Shown here: piece after piece, positions 10,402 to 21,026 of the stretch
Position numbering within the stretch: position 1 is the stretch's first letter
How the letters are laid out: every line of letters begins with the position of its first letter
Assembly (NCBI RefSeq): GCF_964355755.1
Contig: NC_092679.1
Location: forward strand, 3,440,201 to 3,504,200
Direction of reading: 5' to 3'
Source: Antedon mediterranea
Taxonomy: Eukaryota > Animalia > Echinodermata
DNA: 64,000 nucleotides
Program-made: the position numbers and the translations under genes
The notes under the pieces: generated by a model
Told to the model about the DNA's origin: nothing
Seen by the model: the letters and a program-made list of their open reading frames with translations, nothing else
Databases searched by the model: none

Positions 10402-13076
10402 ACAAGAGGCAAAGAACATTAATTCTAAACCGCCCGGTGATATACTGAAATTTAATTAATTAATTTGAAACGATAAAGATGAGGAAATCTGTGAGAATGA
10501 GAAAAAGTCGCCCCAACCGAGACTCAAACTCGGACCGCTGGTCTAATGGTTAGGACATCTGCATATCAAGCAGGCGGTCCGAGTTCGAGTCTCGGTTGGG
10601 GCGACTTTTTCTCATTCTCACAGATTTCCTCATCTTTATCGTTTCAAATTACCGTACTGACGCGGGTATAAGCCCATACTCGGGTATAAGCCCACCCCCG
10701 ACTTTTGACTAATTTTCATGAAAAATGAGGCACTCGGGTATAAGCCCACCCATTAATTCGAAGATCTACAGTGTGTGTCGTAATACATTATTTTGTATTT
10801 GGCGACGTCCATACACCGAATACACCTACCTTTGATCATAACCAAGCTAGGCTAATATACGCTAGGCCATATGAGGCCTAGCGGTCCTGTTTTGTTTACA
10901 CTCCATCGCGGTCAAAGATCGCTTCACACACGACGCTACAAGTCGCCAAAACGGAAAACCACTATTTGGTATCGGCCGCCATTAACAAGCTTATTAAATT
11001 TCTTTGGTACATTTCTATTTAACGAATATTGTATACTTGCTTTTCTGCTTGATAAATTCTTGTTCAATTGATGTTTAAAATAAGATATTCTACGATAAAT
11101 TACACGAACTATAAGTTTAATTTTCCGACACTCTACACCTCGTGTATTTAGAGGCAACGTCGTACACGTGAGGGCGCTCGCTCGCATGGTGGAATACACA
11201 GTGTACATGTGCTGTTTTTGACGATCTGCATTTTTGGATCCTCGGGTATAAGCCCACCCCACAAACTTGACGTGATTTCATGTTCGAGGGGGGTGGGCTT
11301 ATACCCGCGTCAGTACGGTAAATATATATATATATATATATCAAATATGTTTTATTGTAATGTAATTTCAATTGTTGTTCTGTAATTTTTAATGTAAGCA
11401 ATGGAATTTCCAGAAATGGATAAGAATTGGTTTGAAGGTTGAATCTTAAATTATCTTTTTTTCTGTAAAAACCAATTTTAATTTTTTTTAAAGTAATATA
11501 CTTTAAGGTCTCTATTATACCAACCTTCTTGTTTCCTGAAATTCCATATCATAATTTTATTTTTTTTAACATTGTACATTTTATTATTTTTATTATGATT
11601 TGATGAATAAACGTATTTGTATATATAGGCCTACAATAATATTGTTTTAAATGCAATTTATTACTAATTCCAACTACTGTACAAGAAGGTAATTTTTTTT
11701 TATACAATATTGTTAAAATTGTGACTACCACCAGCCACTCTATAATTTGTATCTGTTCAGTGCTCTGTCTACACTATCAAAGTTTATGTGACAACAAAAT
11801 GTTATGTGCCCATATATGGACATGATGACATATCACTACCATATTTAAGCATACTACTACCATGTTTGGGCACATCACTTTTTTGTCAAATTAGTTTGAT
11901 AGTGTAGACAGAGCTTAAGTCATAAAACTTAACAATAACTGGACAATGGCACATAGCCAAACAACTGACACTCTTTTCTTTGTAGTAACAAAGGTTACTA
12001 TTATTTATTAAGTGGGAGTCTTTACAAAATTAATTTGTTTTGGGTAATACTGTAACAGTAGATATTTTAAATACTTTCAATCTTTAAATCATCTCTATTG
12101 ATTGTATGGGGATTTCTTTTTGGTTATTTACATATTGATATGCCACTTATTTTGCATCTTAATTGAGAACTAGACCAGCCACTTTTCTTAGTGTATATCC
12201 ATTTTTTTAAACACACTTACCGTACACATTGTTGCATATTTTGTGAGTAATTTTTTTTGGGCCTAGGCTTAGATTAGATCGAGATTTATTTACCCACTTT
12301 TTATTTGTTTACAGCAGAAGAAAATCTTACCTGTTGTTTTTGATATGCTGTGTCTGGTTCTATTTTTGATTCCAATAAAATTGATCCTGTGAGAAAAAAC
12401 ATTATTTAGGCTAGCCACATTTTAGTTTTACATTTGTCTGTAGTTCTAGACTAGACTAGACTTTTTAATTTATTCAAACTCAATCTTAGTTCAGGCTAGG
12501 CCTAGGTAGGCCATTCTTTTTATAATGCATTTTAATATAGGACAGCCTAGCCTAGGCTAGCCTACATCATTACATCGACTAATGATGCGGTTTTCAACGA
12601 AAATAGCCTAGGATTTGTAGCAGTAAGGCTTTCCTATGCTAGTTGCTAGAGCCTAGCCTATAGGATAGTAATAGTATAGGCTAGGCCTAGCTGTTTGCGA
12701 ATGTATAATATAATAAATATTTCGAGAACGATTTTTTTGGGCCCAGCAGATTAGAATTTATCTTAAATTTTAAACTAATTAACACAATCTGTAACATATA
12801 AAAATCAGTTATTAAATACATGTCATAATCTACTTTGATTAATCATTAACCATACTGTATCAATATCATAAAAGCAGTTGTATAGTCTAGGCGTCCTAGG
12901 CTACCACTTTCTCGGTAAATTTAAAAGGTCTCACCATCTGACTCTGCCCGGACGAGCAGGGACATTCCATTGAGCCTCTCCACGTAAGAAGAAGAAACAT
13001 GGCCTGTACCACGATCATCCCACTGTCTTTCATCATTTAAAACATACAATTTTACCCTCCGCCTAGTATCCGCCAT
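134..13076 (-). CDS. PPP4R3: Serine/threonine-protein phosphatase 4 regulatory subunit 3 (SMEK), first 10 coding exons; gene continues beyond the left edge
   Basis: Spliced exons 13076-12935 ([32 protein letters not shown]1-like), 12386-12331, 9836-9738, 9463-8840 (SMK-1 domain, [13 protein letters not shown]), 7245-7102, 6507-6463, 5230-5108, 4745-4691, 4416-4340, 239-134 ([12 protein letters not shown]). All GT-AG with compatible phases. Confidence 0.96.
549..825. mobile_element. Non-autonomous DNA transposon, Kolobok-like (TTAA TSD)
   Basis: TIR AGATGTATTGTCCC...GGGACAATATATCT flanked by TTAA (545-548, 826-829); related copies near 2520-2740, 7430-8830 (interrupted) and 29226-29321. Confidence 0.65.
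2050..2325. repeat. Tandem repeat, about 94-bp unit x3
   Basis: TACACTGTATATTATCTTATGACTTTTT... recurs at 2051, 2148 and 2242. Confidence 0.9.
2846..3698 (-). pseudogene. Spliced MADF-domain pseudogene of the Harbinger element
   Basis: Exon 3698-3512 reads (with frameshifts and a TGA where Trp is expected) [20 protein letters not shown]...VEECQKN...KRVRDQFVK; further apparent acceptors at 3172 and 2881 and donors at 3511 and 2981. Confidence 0.6.
5308..6350. mobile_element. Probable Tc1/mariner-pogo-like non-autonomous element remnant
   Basis: Starts TA-CCGTA with repeated CTAATAGTAACCC subterminal motifs in both orientations (5318-5490, 6280-6345); right terminus not resolved; contains a short LINE-like tail (AATAAA + TCTTA repeats) near 5443-5464. 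Confidence 0.4.
7507..8470. mobile_element. TAG...CTA element with 9-bp TSD and hairpin termini (AcademH-like)
   Basis: ATTTTGTAC at 7498-7506 and 8471-8479; ends TAGACTTGCCCCAAGTCTG and CGTCTGGAGCCCAGACTA; internally deleted relative at 14226-14372. Confidence 0.7.
10183..10254 (+). tRNA. tRNA-like gene, anticodon ATC (Asp), inside a repetitive element; may be a pseudogene or SINE-type head
   Basis: 72-nt cloverleaf: acceptor GCCCCAG/TTGGGGC, D stem GTCT/GGAC, anticodon stem TCTGC/GCAGG with loop ATATCAA, T arm CCGAG-TTCGAGT-CTCGG, discriminator G, then ACTTTTT (Pol III terminator). Confidence 0.6.
10225..10650. repeat. Inverted duplication around (TA)n plus a second partial direct copy
   Basis: 10225-10365 recurs inverted at about 10399-10539 across (TA)16; 10540-10650 repeats 10190-10300 directly. 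Confidence 0.9.
10652..11318. mobile_element. Tc1/mariner (pogo-like) non-autonomous element, TA TSD
   Basis: TIR CCGTACTGACGCGGGTATAAGCCCA...TGGGCTTATACCCGCGTCAGTACGG, TA on both sides, internal CTCGGGTATAAGCCCACC repeats. Confidence 0.8.
11762..11915. mobile_element. MITE family A (about 150 bp, Harbinger/Tourist-like); representative of about 20+ copies
   Basis: TIR AGCTCTGTCTACACTATCAAAC, usually TAA/TTA flanks; other copies near 4550, 4935, 6745, 6934, 14855, 20032, 22335, 23210, 30525 (split), 31995, 38389, 39824, 41863, 43162, 44471, 44986, 45587, 48128, 52904, 53191, 56728. Confidence 0.88.
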
Positions 13077-13178
13077 AACTGCTGCGTCCAATGCGCAGTT
13101 TTTGATGTTAATCGAACCACTGTAAGTTTATTTTTTACCAAAACATTTCTTTCTTTATATCAGTTTACACTACTACAC

Positions 13179-13192
13179 CGGCGGCCATTTTG
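13179..13192 (-). promoter_or_regulatory. YY1-type motif in PPP4R3 promoter/5'UTR
   Basis: GGCGGCCATTTTG (reverse CAAAATGGCCGCC) about 100 bp upstream of the PPP4R3 ATG. Confidence 0.45.
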
Positions 13193-14697
13193 GTTCAAAG
13201 CAATTTACAGACGGGTTTCACGATCTACAAAAGCGGAGTCAACTTCCGCCAACCTTTTAAAAAACTTTTTTTCTGATACATTTACATGGCCTTATAGTTT
13301 ATTATTCATAATTTTGTATTCAATATTGAATTATCGGTAATGCATTTTATTTTGGCCTATTTTAGCGTACGATCCGGATGGATTGAATTTACCACAATTC
13401 GATTAAATTGGCATTGACAAAGACGCGGTTCTTGCATGTTGCAAATGTAGCCCTTAGACAATCTGGACAGTGAGAAGTGTTATTCTGTTGTTTGTCGACT
13501 TCATCTCTCGGCATTCAATACAGTGGTCCCACATAGAACATTTTGCAAGATGGATAAACTGGGTGCGTCACGGCCTACCATTTTTCAAAATACGATACGG
13601 CAGCTTGAGCCGGCGGTCCCCTGTTAATCGGGACCGATGACTTTTTCTCTACTTAAGAAGTAGGACCTAAACTAAAAGAAACGAATTCAAAACGATGGTA
13701 CAAATTCAAACAACTTAGACTTGTTAAACAGTAAAAATCTCTTCCAGTCGAATGATGATGAAACATAAAATTTAATTGGATGATAGGAATATCCGTGAAT
13801 AATTATTTTCACTGAATGAGCAGCAACAGCAAGGGCTGCTAATAAAGCACTATTATAGGACTATAGACCTACACCACATCGTAGTTTTAGTATTATTAGA
13901 CGATAATTAAATTCAAGTTATTCAAACCAAGACGAATATGGGTATGTAATGAGACTTTCAACTACAGTATATGTATTTTGAAGGTAAGAACAATTAGGAC
14001 GTGTTGGCTCAGAATCAAGTCAGTCGTAGGCTCCATACTGTTAGTTATAATAAGTTGCTCAGTGTTCGCCTATTCTTCGCACTATATGGCCTACAAGATG
14101 CAATAGGCTATGCGCAGGCTACATTTTAGTATGAGTATTCTTCAATATGCCTCCTAAAGCTTGGTTCCCACTATAGGAGACTTAACGCAATTAGCGTATC
14201 ACACAATAGCGCAAGTATTTTACTATAGACTTGCCCCAAGTCTGACAGTATATTTCGAGGCTTTTCGATGTTTGTCTGAAGTACAAGCTCAAGTAGTATA
14301 CGTATGAAACGCCATATGTGCCAGCATTTTATCGTTTAACTAATGTTAAGTCAAAACTCCGTCTGGAATAGTATTTGACTAATCACAGTGGATTTATTCA
14401 ACTGCTTTGTCTTTGGTCAAATTCAACTCGCTGCGTTGTGCTCATTTCCTTGCGTTGCCTCCTGGGAACCAACCATTCTGTAGGCAGCTATATTCAATTT
14501 TAAATTTCATGGCTAAATTAATATTATATGTAAAAATCAATTGTTCATTTTATGAATTAAACATGAGTTAGGCCTTATTAAACAACTTATAAATCTGTAA
14601 CAGAAACACACTTCTGAGAGTAGTGCTACATATAATAACAACATCGCAACACGAAGACTTAAAAGCATACAAAAGATAGAAGGTAGGCCTTTACACG

Positions 14698-17600
14698 ATG
14701 ACAGAGAAGTTCGATTGCCTTGAAGATTTCGAAAATCTAGCGAAAACTATTTTGGAAAAAGCCCGCTTTAAGTGGATAGCTGGTGGCAGTGACGATATGG
14801 TGACACTCACAGATAACAAAAAAGCGTTCGACAGGTAGGATAATACTCCTATAGCCCTGTCCACATTATCAAACTAGTTTGACAAAAAAATGTGATGTGC
14901 CCAAATACGGTAGTGATATTCCCAAATAATAATGGTATAGTGATATGACATCATCATGTTCATAAAATAAGGGCACAGCATATTTTTTTGTCACATAAAG
15001 TTTGAACGTTTAGAGCTTTAAGCAAACTAGTTTGACAAAAACAGTATGATGTGCCCAAATATGGTAGATGACATTCAATATTCAATATTTTACAAAGTTT
15101 ATGGGTTAAGATACACAGAAGCCAAAGTGGCTTGTCTTTGTAGTCCTAAGCATAAACATAAAACATATTATACGGACGCATTACATTAACAAAAAATGAC
15201 ATTTTGAGACAGAAAAAGAAAAACACAAACACAACAAAGTGATATTAAGCTAAATATTTACAACCCCATCATGGGCACATCACATTTTTTTCGGTCACAT
15301 ACCATTTGATAGTGATAGACATACATCACCATCTATGTCAGGGTATTAACGTATGTGTACCATCGAATTCTCTCACACAGCCTACAACATAAATGTTATT
15401 AACATTTCCAAATTCGGCCATTCAACAGGTACCGTTTCCGACCACGTCTTCTCCAAGATGTATCTAAATTGGATACCAGTACCACGTTACTTGGAAATAC
15501 AATTGCCTCTCCTATTGCTATGTCACCGACTGCTTTTCATAGATTGGCAGACTATAACGAAGGCGAGAAAGCAACAGCTAAAGGTATACAGTCAATCTAA
15601 CAACAGAACACACTGAGCTCCCCTTGCCAAGATGAACAAACAACAGTCCTTTGATCTTATGCCTGGCTGCGTCAAATACAAGCAGTACTGTAGGCCTACT
15701 ATGTACATTAAGCTTGGTTCCCACTAGAACGTAACGCAAGGACGTAAACGCAACGCAAGCGTTTTAACCAATGACAAGCGAAGTTATAGACAGTTAGCAA
15801 TCACAAGCGAATAAGCCATCGCTTGTGATTGGTCAATTCACTTGCGTTGCGTTACGTCCTTGTGTTGCGTCGCTAGTGGGAACCACGCTTTATTCTCCGC
15901 GGCGCGCGGAGCTGATCGTGTCGCAGTCACAGATAAACCATTTGATCTCCGGAGTTCAGCATCCTGTTGTTAGATTGGCTTGGTAAGTATCATCTAAAAT
16001 ACAATAAATTCGATTTAATTGACCCAACCAAAATAATGCTGAAAATAACTAATATTGTGAAATCTATAATAAGAACAAGGTTTCTAATCATTATCACCGT
16101 ATGCGTAAAATAATGTCACACTTCTACTGAAAATTGTAAAAGATATATTCCGTAAGTTTAATATTCATTTTGAATGTAAACCTACTAATCTATTGTTATA
16201 CTTACCAGCTTCTTGTTCAGCCAACACGTTGATGGTGTTGAGCTCCTTTTCTAACACCAGAATTGAAGACGTTAAAAAAGCAGCTCCTGACGGTCTTTAT
16301 TGGATGCAGGTTCAGTTATTCAAAGACAAAAGAATCACAGAAAACGTTGTGAGACGAGCAGATGCAGCCGGTTTTAAAGCGCTAGTTCTCACAGCCGATC
16401 AACCAGTATTTGGGAAAAACCGACGAGATTCGGCTTACAAAAATATCAGCCTGAAAGATCATCCAGATCTCTTAAGGTTAATTTTGATGAATACCTGCCT
16501 ACGTTAATTAGTGCTGTAAAAATACCAATTATACATCAAGTAACGAATAAATCAAAACATGTTCGTGTACCGGTACCATATCTTGGTTGTCTCAAACATG
16601 TCCGCAGTGTAAAATAAATCTCTCGTTAAAAATTGTGACGTACGGTAACTAAATACAAAATTAATTCAATATCCTAATACTGTAATATTTATTGTTATAT
16701 ACTGTACGCATAAATATATACTTTTTGTTTCAGATCTATCAATTTAGAATACGCAGGCCTGGAAAAATACCAAATTGATGACGCGCAAACTTGGGAAGAT
16801 ATAAAATGGTTGAAAACTATCACTAAATTACCAATTGTAGTCAAAGGTATTACAACAGGTAATGAATAATGAATAAAACAAGTTGTGGCATGAACCAGGC
16901 CCTCTGGTATAATGGGTCGTCTGTATATTAAGCAAAGGGGTAGGCCCATCTTGATTGACCCAACAGTTCCATAAAAGTGAAATTCCTTGATTTTTATTAT
17001 TGGCCAACAATTTTTAAAAATCATAAACTTAAAGGTATAGAAAGGAATCACCGTCAAAATATAGGATTCAATATCATTTCCGTTTTAAAGTACTGTATTT
17101 GAAATCTTGACAACCAGGTGCTGACGCAAAGATAGCTGTGCAGTATGGTGCCGACGCCATATTGGTTTCAAATCACGGTGGCAGACAGCTAGAATTTTTA
17201 CCAGCTACCGTAAGTACAAATTGCCGCGGTGTTCTTATTAGTTAAATCAAGGCAATCGATCGAACAACGGGATGCTGAGCTCCGGAGAATTATCTGTGGC
17301 TGCGACAAACAACTCGCGCCGTGGAGAATATAATACAGTACAGTAGTGTCGGTATTTGTCGCAGCCAGGCATGAGATCAATAGACTGTTACGAGTTCCTT
17401 GCCAAGACGAGCTTTGTGTCTTAATGTGTTAAATGTCGGTTGTTTTTAACACTATGAAGGTAAAACATAGTGTAATAAATCATTTTTGTTAATATCATGT
17501 GATCCGTATAGATTGACGCACTCTCCGAGGTTGTTGCTGCCGTCGAGGGATCTGGCGTTGAGGTATACATGGACGGAGGAGTACGACGCGGAACTGACGT

Positions 17601-18155
17601 TCTTAAAGCTTTAGCGCGCGGTGCAAGAGCGGTTTTCATTGGACGACCAATATTTTGGGGCCTTGCATGCAACGTAAGTAACGTAACGTAAATAATTTGA
17701 ATAATCTTAATAATTTAATATAATTACAAGCAACACTTAATTACATAATAGTATTTCATCTTGTAAAGGGCGAAGAGGGTGTTACCCAAGTTCTTGACAT
17801 TCTCAAAGAAGAGTTTAGAAGAAGTATGTGTTTAATCGGTAAGTGAATTACGGTATCGTTATCATACTATAACGCACCGGTGTCAAAAACGTTGAGAGCA
17901 AAAACATTTAAATCACGCAATGAGTGGAATGTGTCACGTGTTTTAATCAGAATGCATGACGTATGTTAACATTGTACAGCGACGATATTTTACTATTTAT
18001 TAGCCTATAGACGAGTATGAATAGCAACGACTGCATAATATAATGGTACATTACTGGTTTAAACGAAACAAATACTGTTTTTTTTTCTTATAGGTTGCTC
18101 TAGACTCAGTGACATCACGCCTTCCATGGTTGTACATGAAAGCTACTACTACTAA
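14698..18155 (+). CDS. HAO1: FMN-dependent L-2-hydroxyacid oxidase (HAO1/HAO2/glycolate oxidase family), 8 exons, divergent active site
   Basis: Exons 14698-14834, 15429-15583, 16209-16476, 16734-16858, 17118-17209 (SNHGGRQL), 17512-17673 ([18 protein letters not shown]), 17769-17838, 18094-18155; open frame throughout; HAO1 versus HAO2 orthology unresolved. Confidence 0.9.
15711..15889. mobile_element. MITE family B (about 180 bp, Harbinger-like, TTA TSD); representative copy
   Basis: TIR AGCTTGGTTCCCACTAG...CTAGTGGGAACCACGCT, TTA at 15708-15710 and 15890-15892; near-identical copies at 21631-21809, 26825-27002, 52087-52264, 55065-55233; diverged copies near 14158, 19857, 21440, 23076, 23620-23890, 56010, 59340-59722, 60375. 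Confidence 0.88.
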
Positions 18156-18427
18156 GATGTCGACAAACGTATTATTATTCAACAGATTCCATGATACAGG
18201 CACCACATGTGTTTCACATGAGATGTTGTATTACGCAAGTTTCTCATGATACCGTAGGCCGACTAACTGTCTGTGCATATAGGCTATATAAATGCACTAA
18301 TTATACACATTTACATTTAATAATAAAATGGGCTTAAAACAATAGATGCGTGGTCTAAATTGTGTCCACATGGTATTTCAAAACATCATGACAATGAAAG
18401 GTTGAAACTGTAGGCCTAGTGGTATGT

Positions 18428-19752
18428 CAGGGGCGCAGCCAGTGGGGGAGGGGGGGGGGGGGGTCACGGGGGTCCTGACCCCCCCCCCCCCTTTTTTTTT
18501 AGAAAAAAATAAATAAAAACATGAGACAACAATACAGATCAAATCATCCTGGAGATACTGTGGAAGATTACTACCGAGCAGTATTACCAAATCAACTTCT
18601 TGATCATTTACAAACCGAGTTAAAAACCCGTTTTTCTGCCGATAACAGGCCATGCTTTAAAATATTTGGCGTAGCACCCGAGTCTATCGTGAAGTGTAAT
18701 GTTGAAGAAGTCTTCAAGGAACTTGAATTTGGTACGGTGATCTGCCAAGACACGAACATCTTCATTCCGAGCTTCAGTGATGGAAGCGACTGTGTAAAAT
18801 TAGCGGATCCAGATGTGTTCCCGAATGTGCGTGCAAGTCTTCTAATCGCGTAGGCCTATGCCCGTAACGTCTGCTGAAGCTGAGCGGAGTTATTCGACTT
18901 TGTGGAGAACGAAAACCTGTTTGCGAAATCACATGTCTTATGAGCAGCTTTCGGGATTGTGCCTCATGAACATACACTTTAACATGAACATTAATACAGA
19001 GAATGTCATTCGCGAATGCTGTCTCCAAGCCAAGAAGAATGTTCCAAACTTATGTTTAAAGATGCATCACGCGATGTCTAGAGCACCGTTATAGTAACTA
19101 ACGTAAAATGTATGATAATAATTTAGAAGTTAGTTATTACAATTATGTATAAGATATCACCTATACTATACATTCGAACAAAATAGGTATATTTTTAAAC
19201 AAAATATTGTATGTACTGGGTATGATAAGCGTCTCACATACACACGGAGCCAAGATAGCTTCTTGGACTTGCACAGTGTATGAACTCTAAACTTACGGTT
19301 CTCATTTAATAATATCACTCCATGCTATCATTCTAATTTCTTTTTTCAAACTTTTGCAACTCTACGTTCATTTCATGCAACTTTTGTATTGGTGAAAAGG
19401 GAGGAATTCAAATAATTCTTCCTCTGAGTTTACAGCCTCTCTACACAAATCAACAAACAAGCAAGAAAAAAAGTGTTTGTCTGTGGCAGCCTGGAATATA
19501 AAAATGTTATGTAATGAAAATGAGAGTTGTTTTTTGTTTTCTTTGTTTCAGTTTATTAGTGTTAACATTGTCATATTTGTGTGTGTGTAAACCGATTCAA
19601 ATGATCTAGATGGCGCTAGACCGCCAAAGCTTCCCCCGACCGGGGGCCCTTGGCGGCCCCCTGGCCCCCAGCCCATGGTTGCTCGCTTCGCTCGCAAAAT
19701 ACTCACATATTTGGTTGACCCCCCCTTTAATTCTTTGTTGGCTGCGCCCCTG
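18428..19752 (+). mobile_element. hAT transposon remnant (THAP12/P52rIPK-like transposase C-terminus) with 5-bp TSD
   Basis: TIR CAGGGGCGCAGCCA...TGGCTGCGCCCCTG, TATGT on both sides; broken ORFs 18521-19094 with YYR...DHLQTELKTRFS, FPNV and PVTSAEAERSYSTL...RNHMS (hATC dimerisation domain). Confidence 0.88.
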
Positions 19753-21026
19753 TATGTAACAATACTTTTATTGGCTTAGAAGAAAAGAAAAAAAAAGATA
19801 AATTAAGATGAATAAATTAAACTTGTTGTTTGTAAAGTTATTAACTCCATCAGAAAAGCTTGGTTCCCACTCTAGTTAGAACGCAACGCAAGTACGTAAG
19901 CGCAACGGAATTTAACCAATATTACAAGCAATGGATTATTCGAACTGTTGGTCAACTCGCTTTCGTTGCGTCTACCTCCTTGCATTGCATCGCTGGCGGT
20001 GGTACCAAGATAAAAGAACGATCTTCTGAAGATCTGTCTACACTATCAAACTTTATGTGACAAAAAATGTGACGTGCCCATATATGGACACGATGACGTC
20101 ATATCACTACCATATTGGGCATATCACTACCATATTTGGGCACATCATCACATTTTGTTATATAGTGTAGACAGAGCTTTAGGTTTTGAAAAGATGAATG
20201 ATGAAAGGGACTCTTCTGTAACATCAGACACTGCGGATCACAAATAAGGCCTTATACGACAACCGCTTTTGGACACGACCGCGTTTGACTGAAATAGTTG
20301 TTGATAATAATACAAACATTAGTTATCGGATGTTGAAGATAGACAGTATTACCTGATACGGGGTAAACATAGCATCTACCCATGTCTAAGGGTATAAAGG
20401 TCGTTTTCACTCTGTACAGGAGTAGCAAGCAGTGGTCATATGCTCAATTGAAACTATTGGAAATGTGGAGCATGGAATTTTGGATGATACACCGCCGGTA
20501 GTCAGTAGGCTTTTTCTTAATTACTTATTATCAATAATAATTTATTGCACGTCAACCGAAACTACGATTCTCTTAGTGGTACACGGTTTGTTTTCGCAAT
20601 AATTTTATAGTTTGCACGGCGTACCATTAAGGGTTTTTCATAAAGGATGACCTACAAACAACACTAAAATAACTTTATCGTAAGTATATGCTGCTATCAT
20701 TATTAATAATGTCAGCTTTATTCAAGGACAATTCTCTTACTGATCTGAATAGGCGGATACTATACTAAATTTTAAATAGGAAAAGATAATTAGGTTTAGA
20801 ACTTGCGTGAAATATTTCCCTAAAATATTAACTATTTCCCTTAAATTGCATTCATTTAGAGGGTAAGTGTTTCTCTTAGTCTAAGTGTGATGAATGTTTA
20901 ATACGGCCACTGGATCCCCCACTGAACTGAAGATGCTAAATAGGCTCTCAGTCCGTAACGTCCCAAATTATCCACTGAAAACACATTGCGGAGTTAATGA
21001 ACATTTTGTTTATAGAGTTCATCACG

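Noticed and set aside
13590-13650. Hairpin CGGTCCC/GGGACCG followed by T5 between PPP4R3 and HAO
   Set aside because: Single 7-bp stem, no A/B boxes or recognisable RNA family; could be chance.
18443-18490. G-run/C-run as a functional G-quadruplex
   Set aside because: Ordinary subterminal low-complexity sequence of the hAT element; homopolymer lengths are unreliable.
20920-20965. Possible hammerhead ribozyme (CTGAAGA...GTAACGTC)
   Set aside because: GAAA core is GTAA and stems I and II do not pair convincingly; likewise CTGAGGA at 10100 has no GAAA partner.
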